Below are positions 56,847 through 64,000 of a DNA stretch of 64,000 nucleotides, one piece after another. This stretch comes from an uncultured Muribaculaceae bacterium (GTDB lineage Bacteria > Bacteroidota > Bacteroidia > Bacteroidales > UBA932): positions 1,143 through 65,142 of the forward strand of contig CAZPFI010000001.1 of NCBI GenBank assembly GCA_964585795.1, in the 5' to 3' direction. Numbering within the stretch: the first letter of the stretch is position 1; every line of letters starts with the position of its first letter. Below the pieces are notes generated by a model. The model had not been told where the DNA came from, made no database searches, and saw nothing but the letters and a program-made list of their open reading frames with translations. The position numbers were made by a program, and so were the translations under genes.

Positions 56847-58574
56847 ATGAACATACCTGAATTTAATACATTAAGAGATCTATTTACCTATAGTACAGGC
56901 AAATATCCCAACAACAAAGCGTTTTCATATATAAACGGCCAATCTTACACTTACGGGGAATTTGGTGAGCGGACCAACATTGTCTCAGAAATTTTATCAC
57001 AATATGGTATTATGCCCGGTGATAAAGTTGCCATTCTGAGTCAGAACATGCCTAATTGGCCTGTTGCCTATTTTTCCGTAACTGCTTTCGGCAGGGTATC
57101 AGTACCAATGCTGCCGGATTTTTCAGAATTTGAAATCAGAAACATAGTTGAGCATTCAGAATCTAAAGCCCTTTTTGTCTCTCAAAGATTACTATATAAG
57201 GTTCCAAAAGATATTATGGAGTCTTTAAGCGTAGTTATTGACATAGATACAATGGAAGTAATCAAAGGGGTTAAGGCCCAAAAAGAGGCAGATGTGGTAT
57301 TTGCTGAGGAAAAAGATCTTGCGGTAATAATATACACCTCAGGCACTACCGGTAACTCCAAGGGTGTTATGCTAAGTCACTTTAATCTGTGTAAACACCT
57401 TTACTCTGCATTTTTACTAAGACCAGGTTTCGAATGGGATGTCTGGCTTTCGCTCCTCCCGCTCTCACACACTCTGGAGAGCAGCCTGTGTATGCTACTG
57501 CCAATGGTGAGTGGTTCACATGTATATTACATCGAAAAGGCACCCACTCCATCTATTCTGCTTGCTGCGCTTAAAGAGGCAAGACCAACCACAATACTGA
57601 GTGTTCCAATGATTATTGAAAAGATATACCGCAACTCTGTCCTTCCAAAATTTAATTCAAGTCCTGTAACCAGAGCCCTGTACAAAACAAGTGTGGGAAG
57701 AAAATTACTTAACAGAGTTGCCGGTAAAAAGTTAATGGAGACTTTTGGGGGTAAACTACGGTTCTTTGGAATTGGAGGAGCAAAGCTAGATAAAGAGGTT
57801 GAGAGATTTCTGCTTGAGGCAAAGTTTCCGTACGCAATAGGATATGGTTTAACTGAGACATCTCCTTTGCTTGCAGGTGCAGTGACCGATAAAGTAAAGC
57901 TGGAGTCAACCGGCCCCGCAGTTCATGGTGTAACACTGCGCATTGATAACCCCAATCCACAGACCGGAGAGGGAGAGATTGTTGCAAAGGGTCCGAATGT
58001 TATGATGGGTTACTACAAAAACCCGGAAGCAACCGAACAGGCCTTCACTAAAGATGGATGGTTCCGCACAAAAGACCTTGGTGTTTTTGACAATGAGGGT
58101 CGTCTTTACATAAAAGGAAGACTAACAAATATGATTGTCGGCCCCAGTGGTGAGAACATTTATCCCGAAGAGATTGAATCTGTAATAAATGGTCATTCCA
58201 TGGTTGCAGAGTCGCTGGTAACACTTGTTGACGGGAAACTGGTAGCTTTGGTACACTTCAATCCCGATAAGCTTAAGACTTTAAAGGAGGCGAAAGATGA
58301 AGCAGTTGCCGCATACTACCAGAAAAAAGATCAGTTTGTTAAGAGCTTTGAGGAGAAACGGGACGAACTAATTCACAACTACGATGAAAAGAGAGATGAA
58401 ATAACAGCTGCATTCAGTCAAAAGATAGAGCATCTCAAGAAAGAGGTTTACGAATATGTTAACTCAAGAGTGAATAAGTTCTCAAAGATTAATATTATTC
58501 ACGACCATCCCGAGCAATTCGAAAAGACCGCAACCCATAAAATTAAAAGATATAAGTACACTAAGAAGGACTAG
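56847..58574 (+). CDS. Long-chain acyl-CoA synthetase (AMP-binding)
   Basis: YTSGTTGNSKG, GYGLTE, GWFRTKD and GENIYPEEIE. Confidence 0.93.
   Translation: MNIPEFNTLRDLFTYSTGKYPNNKAFSYINGQSYTYGEFGERTNIVSEILSQYGIMPGDKVAILSQNMPNWPVAYFSVTAFGRVSVPMLPDFSEFEIRNIVEHSESKALFVSQRLLYKVPKDIMESLSVVIDIDTMEVIKGVKAQKEADVVFAEEKDLAVIIYTSGTTGNSKGVMLSHFNLCKHLYSAFLLRPGFEWDVWLSLLPLSHTLESSLCMLLPMVSGSHVYYIEKAPTPSILLAALKEARPTTILSVPMIIEKIYRNSVLPKFNSSPVTRALYKTSVGRKLLNRVAGKKLMETFGGKLRFFGIGGAKLDKEVERFLLEAKFPYAIGYGLTETSPLLAGAVTDKVKLESTGPAVHGVTLRIDNPNPQTGEGEIVAKGPNVMMGYYKNPEATEQAFTKDGWFRTKDLGVFDNEGRLYIKGRLTNMIVGPSGENIYPEEIESVINGHSMVAESLVTLVDGKLVALVHFNPDKLKTLKEAKDEAVAAYYQKKDQFVKSFEEKRDELIHNYDEKRDEITAAFSQKIEHLKKEVYEYVNSRVNKFSKINIIHDHPEQFEKTATHKIKRYKYTKKD
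58284..58448 (+). repeat. Five degenerate 33-nt / 11-aa repeats inside the acyl-CoA synthetase
   Basis: KEAKDEAVAAY / YQKKDQFVKSF / EEKRDELIHNY / DEKRDEITAAF / SQKIEHLKKEV. Confidence 0.6.
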
Positions 58575-58578
58575 GCGT

Positions 58579-59427
58579 TTATCTGGAGAGTGATACATCT
58601 ATCCTGCCCACATAAACACCGTGTGCTCCAGTTTGGTTTATCAGAACACCCTTTTTGCCGGTTTTGTTTTTAACAATCACAGGCTCTTCAAGAAAGGTAT
58701 GTGAGTGTCCTCCTATTATCATATCTACATTTTTTGTAAGACTTGCAAGTATTGTGTCGGAAGGGCGGTTTGCCGATCCGCCGTCATGCCCCAGATGGCT
58801 TAAAACAATTACAAGATGGCATTTATCCCTTAACCTGAGTTTTCTGGCGAGTCTGTTAACCACAGGAACAGGGTTTTTATATGTAATCCCTTCATACGCG
58901 CTCTGTGCAACATATCCTCTGAGATCGAGCATAACCCCTATTATGCCTATCCTCAAACCTCCTCTTTCAATAATGGTATAAGGTTTGACAATATCTTTCA
59001 AGGGACTCGCCGAAAAATCGTAATTTGCACAGAGTGTTACATATTCTGCCTGCTGAAGTCTCTCAGCCAGTATATGCTGACCATCATCAAATTCGTGATT
59101 TCCCAGACAGACAGCATCGTAACCCATTGCATTGTAAAGCATAACCTCCATTTTGCCCCCAAAAAGGGTGTAGTAAGGGGTACCCTGATTATAGTCTCCC
59201 GCATCCAGTAACAGCACATTCGGATGACTTTTCCTTATGCTCTCAATATAGTTGGCTCTCCTCTGAAATCCGCCAAGACCTGCATTTCTGCCACTTGACA
59301 ATGGTTCAATATTGCTGTGAACATCGTTTGTGTGCAAAATGATAAGATCTTGTCCGTTTAGTGTAATTACACAAAAAACGAACAGTATACACAGCGTATA
59401 TTCAATACCCCGAATTATTCTATTCAT
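58579..59427 (-). CDS. 5'-nucleotidase, metallophosphoesterase domain
   Basis: HTNDVH, DAGD, GNHEFD, LSHLG and GGHSH. Confidence 0.92.
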   Translation of the reverse strand: MNRIIRGIEYTLCILFVFCVITLNGQDLIILHTNDVHSNIEPLSSGRNAGLGGFQRRANYIESIRKSHPNVLLLDAGDYNQGTPYYTLFGGKMEVMLYNAMGYDAVCLGNHEFDDGQHILAERLQQAEYVTLCANYDFSASPLKDIVKPYTIIERGGLRIGIIGVMLDLRGYVAQSAYEGITYKNPVPVVNRLARKLRLRDKCHLVIVLSHLGHDGGSANRPSDTILASLTKNVDMIIGGHSHTFLEEPVIVKNKTGKKGVLINQTGAHGVYVGRIDVSLSR

Positions 59428-60205
59428 ACTTATTCTCTCCGTTTAAATCTCCATTTACAATCTTTACCCGTCCGGTTATGGATGATGTTATTAATTTATC
59501 GCTTGCAGTAAGCTCTTCAATTTTGGTAATTACAGCATCCCTGAGCAGAATGCCCGTTTGCTCAACCGCTGTGGCACTTTTTAGTGCTGATAGATTATCG
59601 CCTCCGCTTAACAGAAAGTCAATTGTTACCACTCTGTAGTTTCTGGTGATATCAACCTGTTCACCATCAATTAATACATCCTTTAATTTACCTGAGTTTA
59701 TCTCAAGCCGGATGTTATGAGAAAATGCCTCCACCCGGTTTTTTGCAAAAGATTCAAAGAGCTCTCTAACGGAAGTACCCGGCAGGTCAATGATAACAAC
59801 ATAATTCTCAAAAGGAAAAATTGTGAAGATATCGTATCTTTTTACATCACCTTTTGGCAATGCTGCCCTTAAACCTCCAAAGTTGGTAAGGGAGAAATGA
59901 ACCTCACCTTCGCTTACCTCTCTGCCAAAATCAAGCAAAAGATCGGCCGCGAAGTTGGAGAGTAAAGATTCGGGTCTTGAAGATCTCATCTCAAATTGAG
60001 ACACCCCAATAACCTGTTGCATCATTCTGTCCATTTCGGGCTTGAAGAAATGGATAATGCCCTCTACTACGGGCTCATTGTTTTTGTCCCATGTAGAGTC
60101 CATTAAAATCCGTGATGCCTTGTAGCTGTACCTCAGGCTCTGAGCGGGCAGAACAGATATCCAAACCAGGCAAAACGCCGATAAGAGAGTTATGAAGCGT
60201 CTCAT
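59420..60205 (-). CDS. 5'-nucleotidase, C-terminal substrate-binding domain
   Basis: ESLLSNFAAD, NFGGLR, FPFEN and DFLLSGGD. Confidence 0.9.
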   Translation of the reverse strand: MRRFITLLSAFCLVWISVLPAQSLRYSYKASRILMDSTWDKNNEPVVEGIIHFFKPEMDRMMQQVIGVSQFEMRSSRPESLLSNFAADLLLDFGREVSEGEVHFSLTNFGGLRAALPKGDVKRYDIFTIFPFENYVVIIDLPGTSVRELFESFAKNRVEAFSHNIRLEINSGKLKDVLIDGEQVDITRNYRVVTIDFLLSGGDNLSALKSATAVEQTGILLRDAVITKIEELTASDKLITSSITGRVKIVNGDLNGENKYE

Positions 60206-60232
60206 TTTTTCTTTTAAAAATAGAAATAAATT

Positions 60233-61582
60233 TTAATATTTAAGCCACTTAATAATCTCTTTCCAGCTTGGTTTCTTTCCATACATTAAGATTCCTATCC
60301 TGTAGATTCTGGCAGACAGATATGTCATAAATATAAATGTTGCCGCAAGCAGTGATATCGAAAGTGCCAGTTCCCAGAAAGGGACACCAAATGGCACCCT
60401 TGCCATCATAACCATGGGTGATGTGAATGGTATTATTGAAGCCCAAACCGAAACAGTACTGTCCGGATACTGAAATGTATGTATCATTATCATCAGTCCA
60501 ATTATCAAAGGCAGAGTTACCGGCAGAATCAGCTGCTGTGTATCTGCTTCGTTATCAACAGCAGACCCTACTGCTGCAAACATTGAGGCATATAAGAGAT
60601 ACCCCAGCAGAAAATAGATCAAAAATGCGGAGAGTATGCTGAAAATTGGTATCGAGGAAAGTGCCTCCATTAAATCACCTGAGAATGAGCTATCTTTCTG
60701 TGGTATAGCGACAACCTCTTCTGTCATATTGCCGCTTTGCATCTGAGTAATCTGGTTTGTGATATCTGCGCCCTCTTTAATTTTTTCAGTCCCTGTAAAA
60801 GACTGAACTCCCAGCACAATCCCCGATGTAAGTACAACCCAGATAAGGAACTGAACCAGTGCAACCGAGCCCACTCCCAGAATTTTGCCAAGCATTAACT
60901 GAAAAGGTTTAACTGAAGAGACAATAACCTCAACAATGCGGCTTGTCTTCTCCTCGATCACTCCTCTCATAACCATTGAGCCGAACATAAATATAAACAT
61001 ATAGATCATGAAGCTTAAAATATAGCCCATTCCCATATATAGCTCTACCATGCCTACTTTTTCATCGCCACTCTCGGTGATTGTGTAGCTCCTTATAGAG
61101 ACATCTGTTCTGATATCCTTTAGAATCTCATCCAGGTTTTCTATGCTGTACCGCTCCATTTTGCTCTTTTCAAGAGCCTTCTGCACGCTCCTCTCTATCT
61201 CTCTTCTTGCATCCAGATTAATCTGTTTGGGAGAGTATGTGCTTACAGTAACATTTAAGAGTGAGTCGGGAGCAGATATTTCAACAAGCGCATATACCGA
61301 TTCGGGGAACTCTTTTTTAAAATTTTCAACATTGAGATTACTATCAAAGATATATACAAACTCTTCTGTATTGCTGAAATGGGGTTGGCATAGCTCCGAC
61401 CTGTCGGCAACCATTATCACCTGGCCTTTCTTCCCCTTGGATACCGTCATTATAAGAGATGGCATTATTATCAATGCAGCAAAGAGGATTGGTGTGAGAA
61501 TGGTCATAATTATGAATGACCTCTTTTTAACGCGTATCAAAAACTCGCGCGATATTATTAAAAACAACTTATTTGTATTCAT
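60233..61582 (-). CDS. ABC-2 type transporter permease (NatB/YhaP-like)
   Basis: VIEEKTSRIVEV, GKILG and IPFTSP. Follows the ATPase gene. Confidence 0.9.
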   Translation of the reverse strand: MNTNKLFLIISREFLIRVKKRSFIIMTILTPILFAALIIMPSLIMTVSKGKKGQVIMVADRSELCQPHFSNTEEFVYIFDSNLNVENFKKEFPESVYALVEISAPDSLLNVTVSTYSPKQINLDARREIERSVQKALEKSKMERYSIENLDEILKDIRTDVSIRSYTITESGDEKVGMVELYMGMGYILSFMIYMFIFMFGSMVMRGVIEEKTSRIVEVIVSSVKPFQLMLGKILGVGSVALVQFLIWVVLTSGIVLGVQSFTGTEKIKEGADITNQITQMQSGNMTEEVVAIPQKDSSFSGDLMEALSSIPIFSILSAFLIYFLLGYLLYASMFAAVGSAVDNEADTQQLILPVTLPLIIGLMIMIHTFQYPDSTVSVWASIIPFTSPMVMMARVPFGVPFWELALSISLLAATFIFMTYLSARIYRIGILMYGKKPSWKEIIKWLKY

Positions 61583-61592
61583 AATTAAAAAT

Positions 61593-62498
61593 TTAGCTTA
61601 CCAGTTTTATAAAAATATCGTTCATTCTTGGCATAAGCTCTCTGTATGAGAGAATATCTATTGAGTTAACAAGACTCCTGAGAATTTCTGCAGAACAGGC
61701 CCCTTGTTTTACTTCCAGCACAGCCCGGTACCCCTGCTTAGTTTCTTCCTGACTGACAAGAGAGTAAAGCTGATTTCCTCCAAACATAAATGGTGCACCC
61801 GACCGGTAAATAACTTCAACTTCATTTTTTCCGTGGTCTCTCCGAATATCTTCCAGAGAGCCGGTGATAACAAGGTTCGCTTTGTTTATCAGAGCTATGT
61901 TGTCGCATAACTCTTCAACTGACTCCATATTGTGGGTCGATAAAATAACTGATGTTCCCGACTCTTTCATAGCCAGAATCTCATTTCTTACAATCTGTGC
62001 ATTAATGGGATCAAATCCGCTGAAGGGCTCGTCCAGAATAAGGAGTGAAGGTTTATGCAGCACAGTGGTAATAAACTGAACTTTCTGAGCCATTCCCTTG
62101 GATAACTCCTCAATCTTTTTATCCCACCACGCCTGAATTCCAAATTTTATGAACCATTTTTTAAGCTCTCCGGTTGCTGCTGTTTTGTCCAGCCCCTTTA
62201 ATCTTGCAAGATATAATGCCTGCTCCCCTACTTTCATCTTCTTATAGAGTCCGCGCTCCTCCGGAAGATACCCTATACTGGCAATATCATCCTGTTTAAT
62301 TCTCTCACCATTGAACAGGATTTCTCCGGCGTCGGGCATGGTAATCTGATTCATTATTCTTATAAGTGTGGTCTTCCCTGCACCATTCGGCCCTAAGAGT
62401 CCGAATATTTTTCCTTTTGGTACAGAGATGGATACATTGTTAAGTGCGGTAAATTGATTAAAGCGCTTAACTACGCTGTTACAGGTGATTATCTCCAT
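61593..62498 (-). CDS. ABC transporter ATP-binding protein (NatA/YhaQ-like)
   Basis: GPNGAGKTT, YLPEERGLY, LSKGM and LDEPFSGFDP. Confidence 0.93.
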   Translation of the reverse strand: MEIITCNSVVKRFNQFTALNNVSISVPKGKIFGLLGPNGAGKTTLIRIMNQITMPDAGEILFNGERIKQDDIASIGYLPEERGLYKKMKVGEQALYLARLKGLDKTAATGELKKWFIKFGIQAWWDKKIEELSKGMAQKVQFITTVLHKPSLLILDEPFSGFDPINAQIVRNEILAMKESGTSVILSTHNMESVEELCDNIALINKANLVITGSLEDIRRDHGKNEVEVIYRSGAPFMFGGNQLYSLVSQEETKQGYRAVLEVKQGACSAEILRSLVNSIDILSYRELMPRMNDIFIKLVS

Positions 62499-62550
62499 AT
62501 TAACACAAGATTTTTAAAAAAGTGAAACAAATATACCATTATCTCACAAT

Positions 62551-63441
62551 TTATTTAAAATAACAGGATAAAATCTCCAATAATTGGGGTTTTATGATAC
62601 TGTTTGTTAACAATTCATTAATTGTTACCTGTTTGTTTGATGTTATCTCAGAAAATCTGATAATTGCATGTGCAATAAATTTCCCGATATAGGGATTGTC
62701 AGAGAGTTGTTCCTGTGAAATCTCTGTTATGTACCTTTTTTCAAAACAGGCAGTATCAACAAAAATATCATCTTCGAAAAGCCGGTACCTGCTGTTATCT
62801 ATACCTTTTATTTCCATCAGTTGAGCGGTATTGACAAACCAGCCTATTTTGTCTCTGTATCTTATTATCTGCGATGCATAATAGGGCCCTATTCCCTTTA
62901 AAGAGATAAGAGCCGCCGAATCGGCGGTGTTAATGTCAATCCTCTTTACTTGTATGACGATACTGTCCTTAACCCTATTGTAGAATTGTTCGGAGACCGA
63001 ATAAATCTTCTTAAAATCATCACGGTTTTTAAATACTCCTCCCTTACTCCTAAAGTTGATGATTACCTCTGCCTGGCGTTGAGACATCCCCAGTTGCTGA
63101 AGCTGTTCCTGATTTACTGTATTGGGGTCGAAAGCAAATAACTCCGGAACTCTTTTCTGCTGTAAGCTGCTGCCCTCTTTAATGATTTTGGTTCTCTTAC
63201 CACCTAAAGTGCTGTTGTCATTTTCTGATTTAGTATCATCCACCGGTTCAGAAAGTCTGGCATCTTTTCTCTCTGCACTGCCCGTCTGGAGTTCATTTTC
63301 AAGCTTTTCCGGCTTCTCCCTCTTATCACTTGCACTTCCGGGAGAAAAAAGGAAGATAGTCAGTTGTAAAAAAAAGATGGTAAAAATTAATATTAACGCA
63401 CCGGACAGCTCCTTGCTTCCTATCTTTCTTCCCCACTCCAT
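62551..63441 (-). CDS. ComEA-like helix-hairpin-helix membrane protein
   Basis: TM helix, FDPNT, IDINTADSAAL, LKGIGP and LMEIKGI. Start MEWGR at 63441 after AAAGGAGGG. Confidence 0.85.
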   Translation of the reverse strand: MEWGRKIGSKELSGALILIFTIFFLQLTIFLFSPGSASDKREKPEKLENELQTGSAERKDARLSEPVDDTKSENDNSTLGGKRTKIIKEGSSLQQKRVPELFAFDPNTVNQEQLQQLGMSQRQAEVIINFRSKGGVFKNRDDFKKIYSVSEQFYNRVKDSIVIQVKRIDINTADSAALISLKGIGPYYASQIIRYRDKIGWFVNTAQLMEIKGIDNSRYRLFEDDIFVDTACFEKRYITEISQEQLSDNPYIGKFIAHAIIRFSEITSNKQVTINELLTNSIIKPQLLEILSCYFK

Positions 63442-63464
63442 ATCTCCCTCCTTTGTATGTTTAA

Positions 63465-64000
63465 TTATTGATTTTTCTGATCCTTCTCTCTCTTTCTCCC
63501 GGAAATAATTATAACAATCTCTCCTTTTGGCTGATTGGCCGAATACCACTCTTTCAACTCTCTTATCGTTCCTCTTCTGTTCTCTTCATAAAACTTCGAC
63601 AACTCTCTGGAGACTGCTGCCTCTCTCTCAGCTCCGAACATCTCTTCAAATTGGGTCAGGGTTTTTACAAGTCTGTAGGGTGACTCATAAAAAATAAGTG
63701 TTCTGGTATCTTCTTTCAGCTCCCCGAGGCGGGTTTGTCTCCCTTTTTTAACGGGTAGAAAACCCTCAAAACTAAACCTGTCACATGGTAATCCCGAATT
63801 TATCAGTGCAGGAACAAATGCCGTTGCTCCCGGAAGTGTCTCAACCTCTATTCCTCTCTCTCTGCACTCACGAACCAGAAGAAAACCGGGATCGGATATA
63901 CCGGGTGTACCGGCATCACTGATAAGTGCAATACTCTTACCTTTTAAAACCATATCCGCAATTTTCCCTGCACTCTTGTGCTCGTTATACTTGTGATAAG
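63465..64000 (-). CDS. rsmI: 16S rRNA C1402 2'-O-methyltransferase (5' truncated by window edge)
   Basis: YHKYNEH, ISDAGTPGISDPG, FEGFLP, YESPYR and RELSKFYEE. Confidence 0.95.
   Translation of the reverse strand, partial: YHKYNEHKSAGKIADMVLKGKSIALISDAGTPGISDPGFLLVRECRERGIEVETLPGATAFVPALINSGLPCDRFSFEGFLPVKKGRQTRLGELKEDTRTLIFYESPYRLVKTLTQFEEMFGAEREAAVSRELSKFYEENRRGTIRELKEWYSANQPKGEIVIIISGRKREKDQKNQ

Noticed and set aside
1-64000. CRISPR array, tRNA/rRNA, IS element, prophage or defence system
   Set aside because: No spaced direct repeats, cloverleafs, transposases or phage genes were seen, and all intergenic gaps are short (at most about 225 bp). A computational repeat and covariance-model scan was not possible.

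Overview
Compact chromosomal segment from a Bacteroidota organism, most likely Bacteroidales. This assignment rests on TAnnTTTG promoters and on the rpsU-xerC-hpf, parAB-DUF5683-mltD and split 5'-nucleotidase arrangements. Most of the window is housekeeping: tsaB, greA, ribF, a glycogen cluster with a GT3 synthase-GT35 phosphorylase fusion, xseAB, engB, prs, nadE, der, an NtrY/NtrX-like pair, cmk-ispH-priA, parAB, purE, hpt-adk-obgE, lplA, hutU, a redox/sulfur cluster, lipid and nucleotide enzymes, two ComEA-like genes and partial rsmI. The best candidate for an undescribed system is at 0.4-5.9 kb. A leader with two mutually exclusive RNA folds precedes a C39 peptidase-containing ABC exporter. 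Two translationally coupled double-glycine-leader peptides with Cys-free GxxxG cores follow, resembling a two-peptide bacteriocin or signalling pair, with no modifying or immunity gene visible. Next come a tolC interrupted by one in-frame TAA inside a hairpin loop and a periplasmic adaptor gene. Other signals are a terminator in the greA leader, strong Shine-Dalgarno sequences on rpsU, hpf and the ComEA-like genes, a probable HcpR-type site, a probable MarR operator and an 11-residue amphipathic repeat in an acyl-CoA synthetase. No rRNA, tRNA, CRISPR array, IS element or prophage was recognised. All calls come from reading the sequence by eye; no searches were run.
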